Assembly: GCA_903896505.1 (NCBI GenBank)
Contig: CAITXU010000246.1
Coordinates: 9,657 to 73,656 of the forward strand
DNA from: an uncultured Verrucomicrobiota bacterium
Lineage (GTDB): Bacteria; Verrucomicrobiota; Verrucomicrobiia; Limisphaerales; UBA9464
DNA: 64,000 nucleotides
Direction: 5' to 3'
Shown here: positions 37,662 to 47,798 of the stretch, piece after piece
How the letters are laid out: each line of letters starts with the position of its first letter
Position numbering within the stretch: the first letter of the stretch is position 1
Notes under the pieces: model-generated
What the model was told of the DNA's origin: nothing
Database searches by the model: none
What the model saw: only the letters and a program-made list of their open reading frames with translations
Translations under genes and position numbers: made by a program

Positions 37662-38786
37662 ATGGAAATCCGCCGTTTGCTTCCTCTGGCCTCGATTGCG
37701 CTGGCTTCCCTTGCCTGGCAGGGATGCAAGCGCGAGGAGGTACAGGTCTACCAGGCTCCGAAAGACCTGCCGCCTTCAAACCCTGCGGTGGCAGAGGCCC
37801 CACAACCCTCGAGGGCTCCGGCCTCCGGTCGACCGGCTGAGAGCCAATCGCCACCCTGGGTCACACCGGACGGGTGGATGGCGGTGCCCTCCACGGGAGG
37901 GATGCGGCTGGCCAGCTATGCCATTCAAGGCTCGGACGGACGAACGGCGAGCGTTTCGGTGGTTCCCCTGGGGCCTGAAGCCAGCGGCGAGCTGGATAAC
38001 GTGAATCGCTGGCGGCGCGAACTTCAACTGGCTCCCATCACCGAAGCGGAAGCCGTGGCCCTGCGGCAGCCGGTCAAGATTGGATCGCTGGACGCACGGA
38101 TGTTTGAACTGGTGAGCGACCAGAACATCCTCGACGGAAAATTCAAAAGCCGAACCCTGGTCTCCATGCTGGCCGTCGAGCAGGCGACCATCTTTTTCAA
38201 ACTCATGGGCGAGGATGCCCTGGTGGCGGAGAACAAACCCAAGTTTCTTGCCTGGCTGAAATCGGTCCAGGTGGGTTCCAACGAACGGTCGGATTCACCC
38301 CCACAGGCAGCGGCCGCCGGAGGCCCGTCCATGGCCGGACCCGTCGCTCCACCGCCCTCAACCGACCTTCCGAAATGGACGCCACCAGCCACCTGGAAGG
38401 CAGTGGCGGGTAATGGCATGCGGTTGGCCAGCTTTGTTGTCCCCGGGGAAGGCGGTGCCAACGGAGACCTTTCGGTGGTCGCCCTGGGTGCACAAGCCGG
38501 CGGTGTGGTGGCCAACGTCACCCGATGGCGTCGACAACTCGAACTCCCCCCCATCGACGAAAATGAACTCTCGAGCAGCCTCAAAAGTCTCCCCATCGCC
38601 CAAGGTGAGAAGGCATTGCTTGTCGAACTGGAAGGCACCGCTGGTCATTCCGGCAGCAACCTTCTAGCCGCCATTGTGCAGCGCTCGGACCGCACCTGGT
38701 TTTACAAGCTTACCGGACCCAAGGCCCTGGTTACAGCCGAACGGGATAACTTCCAAAAATTCGTCCAGTCCGTAAATTACCCATGA
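37662..38786 (+). CDS. lipoprotein with two tandem homologous domains; first gene of the cytochrome c biogenesis operon
   Basis: Lipobox-like WQGC; W..P..W...GMRLAS.......SVV.LG..A.G...NV.RWRR.L.L.PI occurs twice; ATGA-coupled to the ResB-like gene. Confidence 0.75.
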   Translation: MEIRRLLPLASIALASLAWQGCKREEVQVYQAPKDLPPSNPAVAEAPQPSRAPASGRPAESQSPPWVTPDGWMAVPSTGGMRLASYAIQGSDGRTASVSVVPLGPEASGELDNVNRWRRELQLAPITEAEAVALRQPVKIGSLDARMFELVSDQNILDGKFKSRTLVSMLAVEQATIFFKLMGEDALVAENKPKFLAWLKSVQVGSNERSDSPPQAAAAGGPSMAGPVAPPPSTDLPKWTPPATWKAVAGNGMRLASFVVPGEGGANGDLSVVALGAQAGGVVANVTRWRRQLELPPIDENELSSSLKSLPIAQGEKALLVELEGTAGHSGSNLLAAIVQRSDRTWFYKLTGPKALVTAERDNFQKFVQSVNYP

Positions 38787-40168
38787 GCACCCCGGTGAGC
38801 CCACCCCCACTGGTCGTCCCCCCTGCTGCAGGGCCTGTCCCGGTCGCCGGGTCTGCGGAGTCACGTCCGCTCTGGAAGCTGATTCTGTCTCCGTTGAGTT
38901 CCCTCCGGCTGACCGTGATCCTGCTGACCTTCAGCGTTCTGGTGGTCTTTTTCGGAACCCTGGCCCAGACCGACGATGGCCTTTATCTCGCGCAGAACCG
39001 TTATTTTCGCTCCTGGTTTTCCACCTGGTCGCCAATAACCGAGGGCTGGCGTTGGATCGTGATTCCACTTCCCGGAGGTTACCTGCTGGGGACTTTGCTC
39101 CTCGTCAATCTCGTGGCCGCCCATGCCACACGGTTCAAGTTCACGTGGAAAAAGAGCGGCATTCTACTTTCCCACTTGGGAGTGGTCCTCCTGTTGGTGG
39201 GTCAATTGTTCACCGACATGCTCGCCCGGGAAAGCCGGATGACCTTCAGCGAGGGCGAGTGGCGCAATTATTCCGAGGATTTTGCCGCCTCGGAGCTGGC
39301 CATCCTTTCAGACGCCCCCGGGGACCAGATGACGGAAGTGGTGGCCATTCCGGAAGGACTCCTGCGCGCCGGCGGGGTGGTTCATCACGACCGACTCCCG
39401 TTTACGGTTAGAATCAGCCAGTGGATGCCCAACTCGGAACCCATCTTCCGCGCCCCCCGGGCCACCAATGGACCACCCCAAGCGTCCAGCCCGGTGAGCA
39501 AACACTTCGATTTTCTATCGGTGGCTGAAACCCACAAGATGGACGAAAAGAATATTCCAACCGTGGTAATCGAACTGACCGACAACGGCGGAAAGAGCCT
39601 CGGAATTTGGGCGCTGTCGGTGTGGTCGGGCGAGCCGGCGATGGCCAAGAGCGCCCGCACCTCCTGGTACAAGCGGTTCAACCGGGGAGACACTTCCGGG
39701 GACGACAGCCAGGCCCGCATGATGGCCGGGCAGCTCTATGCGTTTCTCACCGAGGCGCAAACCGTGACAGTGAACAACCGGGCCTACACGTTGACCCTCC
39801 GCCCCCGCCGGTACGATCAGCCCTTCACCCTCCAACTCCTCAAGACCACCCACGAGATTTATCGGGGAACCGACATTCCCAAGAACTTCCAAAGCCGCGT
39901 TTTGATCGATCACCCGGCCCGTGGAGAACGACGTGAGGTCAACATCTACATGAACAACCCGCTTCGGTATGGAGGATTGACCTATTTCCAATACCAAATG
40001 GGGCGCGACGAATTTTTCTCCACCCCCGTGGCCCACAGCGTCTTGCAGGTGGTCCAAAATCCGTCGTGGCTCACCCCTTACATTGGCTGTGCCCTGGTCG
40101 CCGGCGGGTTGCTGGTCCAGTTCGGAATTCATTTGGTTCTGTTTGTCCGCCGCCGGGTCGCCCCCTAG
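38783..40168 (+). CDS. cytochrome c biogenesis protein, ResB/CcsB-like
   Basis: LSSLRLTV, FFGTLAQ, LSHLG, PKNFQS and MNNPLRYGGLTYFQ. Confidence 0.82.
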   Translation: MSTPVSPPPLVVPPAAGPVPVAGSAESRPLWKLILSPLSSLRLTVILLTFSVLVVFFGTLAQTDDGLYLAQNRYFRSWFSTWSPITEGWRWIVIPLPGGYLLGTLLLVNLVAAHATRFKFTWKKSGILLSHLGVVLLLVGQLFTDMLARESRMTFSEGEWRNYSEDFAASELAILSDAPGDQMTEVVAIPEGLLRAGGVVHHDRLPFTVRISQWMPNSEPIFRAPRATNGPPQASSPVSKHFDFLSVAETHKMDEKNIPTVVIELTDNGGKSLGIWALSVWSGEPAMAKSARTSWYKRFNRGDTSGDDSQARMMAGQLYAFLTEAQTVTVNNRAYTLTLRPRRYDQPFTLQLLKTTHEIYRGTDIPKNFQSRVLIDHPARGERREVNIYMNNPLRYGGLTYFQYQMGRDEFFSTPVAHSVLQVVQNPSWLTPYIGCALVAGGLLVQFGIHLVLFVRRRVAP

Positions 40169-40186
40169 TTTTATCTTCTGAGTTCC

Positions 40187-42160
40187 ATGAAAAAATACCT
40201 TCCGTGGATCCTGTGCGCCGCCTTCGCCGCCTGGTTTTTGAGCACCCTCCCGGCACCCGGTGACAAGGGATTGGCGTGGGGAGGCCTCGCCCAGGTGCCG
40301 GTCGTCAACGGCGGTCGTCATCAGCCGTTTGAATCACTGGCACGCAACGCCCTGGTGCAAATCCGGGACCGCTATTCCCACTATGATCTTGCAGAGGAAC
40401 GCACCGTTCCAGCGGTGGAATGGCTGGCGGAGGTTCTTTTTGACAGCGAACGGGCCAGTCGCCGGAAAGTCTTTCGCGTCGACCATCCAGACCTCATCTC
40501 GCTTTTGAAGCTTCCGCTGAAAAACGATTCCAAGGACCCGGCACTCCGGGAGGATGGCAAGCACTACTCCTGGGGGCAAATTGTCACCGAAGAGAACGTC
40601 GCGTCGCTCCAGCGGGAATCGGAACGGGTGGCGGGAAAGGATGCCTCGCATCAAGACGCCTTTGACCAGGCGGTGCGAAAACTGAGCAGCGCCCTTTCGC
40701 TCTACAATGCCCTTCAAAGCACGGCCCGCCCGAGGGACGTCCGGGATTACGGTCAGTTTCTCTCCCAATTCTCGCGGTCGCTGGACAGTGGAGCTACGCT
40801 GCGGGAAACCCTCCGGGCGAAATACGCTGGTAAGGAAATACCAAAGGACAACAGTGACCCGCTGCTGCGGATTGGCGGACAGGTCCTGGTCGGTGCGGAC
40901 CGGGAATCGGAGACTGGTGAACGGTCGACTCTAAAGATTCCATTGCTGCTCCCACCGGATGGCACCGAGGATTGGAGCCGGATTAACACCCGGCTGGTGG
41001 GCATCCGTGGCGGGGAGCCGCTTCCCCGGTCGTTACTGGCCTGGGCCCACCTGGGGGATGCCTTTGTCGCTCGCGATACCAATCGGTTCAATGCCGAACT
41101 GCGCGATTATCGGGACTGGATGCAGTCCACTTTCCCGTCCGAATTGAGCCATGCCAACCATGAGGTCTTCTTTAACCGCATGGCCCCATTTTATGCGGCG
41201 ATGACCATCTATGTGGTCGCACTGCTGCTGGCACTGGCGTACTGGTTCAGTTTTGATTCCTGGTTGCGGGAATCTTCATTTGCCCTGGTGGGACTGGCCT
41301 TCGCCATCCATACGGTCGGGTTGATTTATCGGATGGTTTTGCAGGGGCGCCCGCCGGTCACCAATTTGTACTCGTCGGCGATTTTCATCGGTTGGGGTGC
41401 CATCGTCCTCGGCATGGTGCTGGAGCGTTTCTGGCGGAATGCCATCGGCCTTGTGGTCGGTAGTTTTCTCGGCTTCGTGACCCTCGTGATCGCCCACAAT
41501 CTGGCACTTGACGGCGATACCATGGAAATGATGCGAGCGGTCCTGGACACCAACTTCTGGCTGGCCACCCACGTCGTGATTGTCACCCTCGGTTACGCCA
41601 GTACCTACGTGGCCGGCTTTCTGGCGATCGTCTACGTGGTTCGCGGCGTCTTCACCAAGGGGTTGGATTTGGCGACCCGGCGGGCGATGGCCCGCATGGT
41701 TTATGGCATCATCTGCTTTGCCACCTTGTTCAGCTTCACCGGCACGGTGTTGGGGGGCATTTGGGCTGATCAATCCTGGGGCCGGTTCTGGGGTTGGGAT
41801 GCCAAGGAAAACGGTGCTCTGATCATTGTTCTCTGGAATGCCCTCATCCTTCATGCGCGCTGGGGAGGGTTGGTGCGCGAGCGGGGCATCATGAATCTGG
41901 CCATCGCCGGTAACATCGTGACCTCGTGGTCGTGGTTTGGCGTCAATATGCTGGGAGTCGGGCTCCACAGCTATGGATTCCTCAATGGTGCCTTCCAAAC
42001 GCTCCTGTACTTTGTCCTCAGCCAATTGGCCTTGATCGCTCTTGGTTGCCTCCCGCTGAAATGGTGGAGAAGCTTTGGAGAGCATTCCACCGACACCATC
42101 GCTCCAAATGCGCCCACTGCCGGTAAACCGCCCCTACGTCCAGTCAGGTCTGTGGCTTGA
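40187..42160 (+). CDS. ccsA: cytochrome c biogenesis protein CcsA/ResC
   Basis: PPVTNLY, WLATHV, WADQSWGRFWGWDAKE (WWD domain) and GLHSYG. Confidence 0.92.
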   Translation: MKKYLPWILCAAFAAWFLSTLPAPGDKGLAWGGLAQVPVVNGGRHQPFESLARNALVQIRDRYSHYDLAEERTVPAVEWLAEVLFDSERASRRKVFRVDHPDLISLLKLPLKNDSKDPALREDGKHYSWGQIVTEENVASLQRESERVAGKDASHQDAFDQAVRKLSSALSLYNALQSTARPRDVRDYGQFLSQFSRSLDSGATLRETLRAKYAGKEIPKDNSDPLLRIGGQVLVGADRESETGERSTLKIPLLLPPDGTEDWSRINTRLVGIRGGEPLPRSLLAWAHLGDAFVARDTNRFNAELRDYRDWMQSTFPSELSHANHEVFFNRMAPFYAAMTIYVVALLLALAYWFSFDSWLRESSFALVGLAFAIHTVGLIYRMVLQGRPPVTNLYSSAIFIGWGAIVLGMVLERFWRNAIGLVVGSFLGFVTLVIAHNLALDGDTMEMMRAVLDTNFWLATHVVIVTLGYASTYVAGFLAIVYVVRGVFTKGLDLATRRAMARMVYGIICFATLFSFTGTVLGGIWADQSWGRFWGWDAKENGALIIVLWNALILHARWGGLVRERGIMNLAIAGNIVTSWSWFGVNMLGVGLHSYGFLNGAFQTLLYFVLSQLALIALGCLPLKWWRSFGEHSTDTIAPNAPTAGKPPLRPVRSVA

Positions 42161-42186
42161 GGCCCAACGCTGACGTTCCGCACGGA

Positions 42187-43476
42187 ATGATCTCCATCGC
42201 CGTCATCGGTCTCGGATACGTCGGTTTGCCGCTCTCGCTGCAATTTGCCCGCTCGGGAGTTCGGGTGATCGGGCTGGACCATGACCCGGTCAAGGTGCAT
42301 TCCCTCAACTCGGGTCGTTCCTACATTCACCACATCCCCGCGGAATCCGTCAGCGAACAGGTGGACTCCGGGCGCCTGACCGCCTCCACCGACCTGTCGC
42401 GGGTTGCCGAAGTGGAGGCCATTCTCATCTGCGTTCCCACGCCCCTCAACGCGCATCGCGAGCCGGACCTCTCGTACATCATCGACACAGCCACCGCGAT
42501 GGCACCGCACCTCCAGAGAGGCGCATTGGTGGTTCTCGAGTCCACCACGTATCCGGGCACCACGGAGGACGAATTGAAGGCTGTTCTCGAGGCCGGCTCC
42601 GGGATGAAGGCCGGCGTTGATTTTCATCTGGCCTATTCCCCGGAACGGGAGGACCCGGGCAATCCCCAGAGCGGCGCGGCCACGATTCCCAAGGTGATCG
42701 GTGGACTCACCCCTGCATGCCTTGCCCGGGCGCAGGCTCTCTATCAGCGGGCGATCCGCACCACGGTTCCCGTCTCTTCCTGCCGCACGGCGGAGGCCAC
42801 CAAACTTCTGGAGAACATCTTTCGAAGCGTCAACATCGCCCTCGTGAATGAGTTAAAGGTGGTTTACGAAGCGATGGGTATCGATATCTGGGAGGTCATC
42901 CGGGCGGCCAAGACAAAACCGTTCGGATTCATGCCCTTTTATCCCGGGCCTGGACTGGGCGGGCACTGCATTCCCATCGATCCTTATTACCTCACCTGGA
43001 AGGCGCGCGAGTTCGGTCAGGCCACACGATTCATTGAGTTGGCCGGTGAAATCAACACGCGGATGCCCGAACGGGTGGTGCAGAGGGTCGGCGACGCCTT
43101 GAATGCCGTTCGCAAGCCGGTCCATGGGTCGCGCATTCTGCTCCTGGGTATCGCCTACAAACCCAATGTGGATGACGACCGCGAATCGCCGAGTTACGTC
43201 CTGATGGAGTTGCTCAAGCTGCGCGGGGCTGAAATCGCCTATCACGATCCATATGTGCCGGTCATCCGTCCCACCCGGGAGCATCCGCAGTGGGCTGGAG
43301 TCTCCTCCATCACCTGGGACCAGAAGACGGTGAGCTCGTTTGATTTGGTCCTGATCAGTACGGCCCACAGTTTGATGAATTGGGAGGAATTGGCCGCCTG
43401 GGCACCGCTGATTGTCGATACGCGGAACGCCATGGAAGGAAAAGCCGTTCGGGAGGGACAGGTATGGAAAGCCTGA
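42187..43476 (+). CDS. UDP-N-acetylhexosamine dehydrogenase (WbpA/WecC family)
   Basis: GLGYVGLPL, ICVPTP, ESTTYPG, SPEREDPG, KLLEN, GGHCIP and AYKPNVDD.RES. Confidence 0.92.
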   Translation: MISIAVIGLGYVGLPLSLQFARSGVRVIGLDHDPVKVHSLNSGRSYIHHIPAESVSEQVDSGRLTASTDLSRVAEVEAILICVPTPLNAHREPDLSYIIDTATAMAPHLQRGALVVLESTTYPGTTEDELKAVLEAGSGMKAGVDFHLAYSPEREDPGNPQSGAATIPKVIGGLTPACLARAQALYQRAIRTTVPVSSCRTAEATKLLENIFRSVNIALVNELKVVYEAMGIDIWEVIRAAKTKPFGFMPFYPGPGLGGHCIPIDPYYLTWKAREFGQATRFIELAGEINTRMPERVVQRVGDALNAVRKPVHGSRILLLGIAYKPNVDDDRESPSYVLMELLKLRGAEIAYHDPYVPVIRPTREHPQWAGVSSITWDQKTVSSFDLVLISTAHSLMNWEELAAWAPLIVDTRNAMEGKAVREGQVWKA

Positions 43477-43534
43477 GACGGTACTGCTTGAGGACAATTT
43501 TGCCGCAGGATCGGGATGGATGGGAGGAACGTCG

Positions 43535-44602
43535 ATGAGACTGTTGGTCACGGGCGGCGCGGGGTTCATTGGTTCGAACCTGATTGAGCTCCTGCTGGAT
43601 CAGCCCGAGGTGGAACAATTGGTCAACCTCGACTGCCTCACCTACGCCGGGCATCTGGCCAATCTAAGAGCCGTCGAGCATCATCCCCACTATCGGTTCC
43701 TTCAGATCGATCTTCGGGATCGGGATGCCGTTCACCAGGCCTTGATTGATTTTAGTATCACCCATGTGCTGCATCTGGCTGCGGAATCTCATGTCGATCG
43801 CTCGATTGCCGCGCCGGCTGACTTCATCACGACCAACATTGTCGGAACCTTTCACCTTCTCGAAGCCTGCCGTGGCGCATGGGCGAATATGCCGGACGGA
43901 CGCCGGTTCCTCCATGTTTCCACCGATGAGGTCTACGGATCGCTGGGTGGAGAAGGGCGCTTTACCGAGTCAACTCCCTACGCCCCGAACTCCCCCTATT
44001 CCGCCAGCAAAGCCTCGAGCGACATGTTGGTGAGGGCCTACCACCAGACCTACGGATTGCCGACGATCATCACCAATTGCTCCAATAATTATGGTCCGCG
44101 GCAATTTCCCGAAAAACTTATCCCGGTTCTTATCCAGCGATCCCTGGCGCGGCAGCCGCTTCCCATTTTTGGGGATGGTTTGCATGTGCGCGACTGGCTC
44201 CATGTCCGGGACCACTGTGATGCCCTCTGGCAGGTCCTGCACCGCGGTCGGTTGGGCGAGACCTACAATATCGGTGCAGAGAACGAATGGGCGAATCTTC
44301 GCCTGGCCGAGTGGGTCTGCGACTTGGTGGACGAACTGGCTCCCCAGTTGGGAGGCAACAGCCGTGAATTGATTTCGCACGTGGAAGACAGGCCAGGCAA
44401 TGACCGTCGGTACGCCATCGATGCGACCAAAGTCCGAACCGAACTCGGCTGGAAACCGGTAAAAGACTTCCGATCAGGACTGCGCGAAACCATCGCCTGG
44501 TACATTGACCATCAGGACTGGGTCCGGGAGGTCAGCCGCGGTCATTTGCAGCCAATTCCGGTCGACGCCGTGCATCCGGTAGCATTGTCGCTACTTGGCT
44601 GA
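43535..44602 (+). CDS. rfbB: dTDP-glucose 4,6-dehydratase
   Basis: TGGAGFIGS, AAESHVDRSI, STDEVYG, YSASK and NNYGP.QFPEK. Confidence 0.95.
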   Translation: MRLLVTGGAGFIGSNLIELLLDQPEVEQLVNLDCLTYAGHLANLRAVEHHPHYRFLQIDLRDRDAVHQALIDFSITHVLHLAAESHVDRSIAAPADFITTNIVGTFHLLEACRGAWANMPDGRRFLHVSTDEVYGSLGGEGRFTESTPYAPNSPYSASKASSDMLVRAYHQTYGLPTIITNCSNNYGPRQFPEKLIPVLIQRSLARQPLPIFGDGLHVRDWLHVRDHCDALWQVLHRGRLGETYNIGAENEWANLRLAEWVCDLVDELAPQLGGNSRELISHVEDRPGNDRRYAIDATKVRTELGWKPVKDFRSGLRETIAWYIDHQDWVREVSRGHLQPIPVDAVHPVALSLLG

Positions 44603-44610
44603 ACCTCGGT

Positions 44611-45561
44611 TTATTTCGGGAGCCATTTCTCCCAATTCTTGGCGTAGGCATCCACGTTGGAGCGATCGACGGGCACCAGGGCACTGACTTCCTTGACCAC
44701 CTTGGGATCACGCTTGAAGTGGACCTTGTCCAAAAGGAGTTCCAACGAACGGTAGCCCCATTGGTAGCACTGCTGGGCCAGCAGCTTCTGGACATGACCC
44801 GAGCGGATGTAGTTGAGCTGGGCAGGCAGGGCATCGACGCTGACGCACTTCACGGTGCCCGGTGCCCATTTCAAGGCACCTTCCGTGAAGAGAGGCCACC
44901 CACCAATCATGGCCCATCCGGTGATGTCGGGGTTGGCTTGCATGACCTGCTCCACCCGGGCGGCCGCGTCCTGTGGCGTCTCGCGGTGGTAATAGGCGTC
45001 GCGAACGGACAATCCGGGAAAAGCCTTGGCCCCGGCGCGAACACCGGCCACGCGTTTCTGGAGGTTGGGTGCATTGGGATTTCCAGCGAGAATGGCAATG
45101 ACCCCTTTTCCATCCATGACCTTCGCCAATTCCTCAAGCACTTGATGGCCGCAGAGGTCGTCATCCACTCCATAGTTGACGAAGCGTTTCGAAGCCGGGG
45201 CATCGCTGTCGAAGGTCGCCACGGGCACGCCAGCAGCCACCGCCCGGTTGATGGCATCGGTCACCTTGTTGGCGTCGCTGCAACTGATGGCGATGCCATC
45301 CGCCCCGGCCAGGACCAATTGTTCAAGGGCTTCAGCCTGCTTTTGGGCGTCCTCTTCATTGGGGGTTCGCCAGTCGAGTTCGATTTTCAGTCCATGACGG
45401 GCGCTCAATTCCCGCACGGCATCCTCCGCCCCAACCCGGGCCACCTGGAAGACGGCATTGCCTTGGGATTTGGCAATCAGCCCAAAGCGGTACGATTTGG
45501 GGGCGGCCGTGGCCACGAAGGGTAGGACAGCGGCTCCGGCAAGGAAGGATCGGCGATTCAT
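44611..45561 (-). CDS. sugar ABC transporter substrate-binding protein (RbsB-like) with Tat-type signal
   Basis: MNRRSFL twin-arginine motif; GADGIAIS and VATFDSD. Confidence 0.85.
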   Translation of the reverse strand: MNRRSFLAGAAVLPFVATAAPKSYRFGLIAKSQGNAVFQVARVGAEDAVRELSARHGLKIELDWRTPNEEDAQKQAEALEQLVLAGADGIAISCSDANKVTDAINRAVAAGVPVATFDSDAPASKRFVNYGVDDDLCGHQVLEELAKVMDGKGVIAILAGNPNAPNLQKRVAGVRAGAKAFPGLSVRDAYYHRETPQDAAARVEQVMQANPDITGWAMIGGWPLFTEGALKWAPGTVKCVSVDALPAQLNYIRSGHVQKLLAQQCYQWGYRSLELLLDKVHFKRDPKVVKEVSALVPVDRSNVDAYAKNWEKWLPK

Positions 45562-45615
45562 AGGGGACTTATGGGAAGGAACCGGAAGAGTGACGCTGAG
45601 TCAAGGCAGGACCCA

Positions 45616-46476
45616 CTACTTCCCCGAGACACCCAAGAGGTACATCAGGATTAACTCCGGCAAATCGAGGGAGTAGCCCCCCTCCAAAATGCTAAAGGTA
45701 GGAATACCCAGGCTCCGAACCTGCTGGCCGATCCAGTGGAAGTCCTCCTGCACGAGGGTTCCGTTGGCGAGCGGGTCTTCTGTATACGCATCAAATCCAG
45801 CGGATACCGCCAGCACCTGAGGCTGTGTGGCCTGCAATCGGTCCAGGGCGCGGCGCAGGATGTCCCGCCACTGTGCCCGGGGAGTCGCCGGAGCCACCGG
45901 GTAGTTGAAGCAATTGGGGCCTACGTCAGCACCTCCAGTGCCAGGATAGGCCGGGTATTGGTGCACCGAGGCAAACGCGACACCGTCGCATCCCGCCACG
46001 ATGTTTTCCGTGCCGTTCCCGTGATGAACATCGAAATCGAAAATGGCCGCTCGAAGGCCGCTAGCCTGGGCTTCCAGCGCGGCGATAGCGACAGACCCGA
46101 GATAACAAAATCCCATTGACCGGTTCCGCTCGGCATGATGCCCGGGCGGGCGCATCAGGCTAAAAGCCGGAGTTCCAGCGAGCGCCAGGTCCATGGCTTT
46201 CAATCCTGCCCCCACACTCCGCCGGGCGTGGGCTCCGATATCCGGATGCCAGGCGGTGTCGGCATCAAAGTCCTCCTCGACCTTCAACCGGGCCAGACAG
46301 GCAGCGGTGTGGGCCCGGAGTAGCTGTGCCTCGGTCGCCACACCCGGCTCGGCCCATTGGAGTGGCAACACCTTCTGGCTGCGCAACAATTCGACAGTGC
46401 GCTCAACCCGACTCGGCTTTTCCGGATGGCCCGGAGTGCGATAGCCCAGACACAAAGGGCTGTTGACGATGGTCAT
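45616..46476 (-). CDS. histone deacetylase family (Zn-dependent) protein
   Basis: GHPEKP.R, RPPGHHA, GFCY, DFDVHHGNGT, SAGFD and LEGGY. Confidence 0.93.
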   Translation of the reverse strand: MTIVNSPLCLGYRTPGHPEKPSRVERTVELLRSQKVLPLQWAEPGVATEAQLLRAHTAACLARLKVEEDFDADTAWHPDIGAHARRSVGAGLKAMDLALAGTPAFSLMRPPGHHAERNRSMGFCYLGSVAIAALEAQASGLRAAIFDFDVHHGNGTENIVAGCDGVAFASVHQYPAYPGTGGADVGPNCFNYPVAPATPRAQWRDILRRALDRLQATQPQVLAVSAGFDAYTEDPLANGTLVQEDFHWIGQQVRSLGIPTFSILEGGYSLDLPELILMYLLGVSGK

Positions 46477-47693
46477 GATGGTTTTGCGGACGGTATCAAT
46501 TCCAGCAGCTGCGCCACACACAAGTCGGCAAAGGCAGGATCGTTGATATTGCCCGGATATTCGATAAAGGGAATTCCCGGTAGCAGTTGGGATCGCCAGC
46601 TATCCCGGAGGGCCGCGTCCGCCGCCGGATCATGGAACGGCTGGCCTGGGGAGCTGATGACGCTGATGCCGCTCATCGGAAACAGAACCGCCACCGGGCC
46701 TTTCGATCGGTTGCATTTCTCGGCCAGAATGCCACCCAGTCGGGCATTTTCCTCCGGGGTGGTCCGCATCAGGGTCACTTGGGGATTGTGATGATAGAAG
46801 CGCCGGTTTCGAAACTTTTCCGGCACCGAGGCGGGTTCCCCGAAATTAACCATGTCCATACAACCGGGTGTCAGGATAGTCGGAACACCGTGAAGGGCAG
46901 CGGCCTCGCACCGGGTGGGACCCGCCGTCAGGACTCCACCGACCAATTCGTCCGCCCATTCGGTGGTGGTGATGTCCAGCACACCGGCGACAAGCCCGCT
47001 CTCAATGATCGACTCCATGGTGCGACCACCCGTGCCGGTGGCGGCAAACACCAGGACCTCATATCCGGCGGCCTCGAGAGCAGAGCGGGCGCGGGTAACG
47101 CAGGGGGTCGTGTTGCCAAACTGAGAGGCCACGATCATCGGTTTGGCGTTTTCAAGGTCAGGTGTCTTCGCCTCGACCATACCGCAAATCGCCCCCGCCG
47201 CCTGGGCCAGCAATAACCGTGAAAGGCGGTTGAGGCCGGCTACATCGACAATGCTGGGCATCAGGGTGATGTCCTTGATTCCCACGTAGGGGGCAGTGTT
47301 ACCACTGGCGAGCGTCGACACCATGAACTTCGGAATTCCAAGGGGAAGCGCCCGCATGGCGGCGGTGCAAATGGCCGTTCCACCACCTCCACCTAATGAC
47401 AGAACCCCATGGATGCGCCCTTCCGCGTGGAGCCGTGCCAGAATAATCGGGGCTCCCTTGGCCATCAGTGCCACGGCCTCGCCCCGGTCGCGGCGGGCCA
47501 CCACCGATGCCAAGTCGATGCCAGCGGCTTGGGCAACCTCTTCACGGGTGATATCCGGGCTCAGACGGGCGGGCTCGAGCGTCCCCACGTCGATACGTAG
47601 GGTTTGATGCCCGCGTGCCCTGACCAATTGATCGACATAGGCATGTTCGTCTCCCTTGGTGTCGAAGGTCCCGAGAATCGCAATGGTGGCCAT
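46473..47693 (-). CDS. UPF0261 / Tm-1-like ATP-binding domain protein
   Basis: GTFDTKG.E, GGGGGT, PKFMVST, DVAGLN, FG.TTPC, ATGTGG, DMVNFG and HNPQVTLMRT. Confidence 0.88.
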   Translation of the reverse strand: MATIAILGTFDTKGDEHAYVDQLVRARGHQTLRIDVGTLEPARLSPDITREEVAQAAGIDLASVVARRDRGEAVALMAKGAPIILARLHAEGRIHGVLSLGGGGGTAICTAAMRALPLGIPKFMVSTLASGNTAPYVGIKDITLMPSIVDVAGLNRLSRLLLAQAAGAICGMVEAKTPDLENAKPMIVASQFGNTTPCVTRARSALEAAGYEVLVFAATGTGGRTMESIIESGLVAGVLDITTTEWADELVGGVLTAGPTRCEAAALHGVPTILTPGCMDMVNFGEPASVPEKFRNRRFYHHNPQVTLMRTTPEENARLGGILAEKCNRSKGPVAVLFPMSGISVISSPGQPFHDPAADAALRDSWRSQLLPGIPFIEYPGNINDPAFADLCVAQLLELIPSAKPS

Positions 47694-47798
47694 GGATGGA
47701 TTGAACGGCCTCAGGATACCAGTGCTTCCCCGAGGTCTGGCAAGCCCGGGTCGCCGGGCTCCGCTAATTTACCGGAACTCCCTGCCACCACCCGATTC

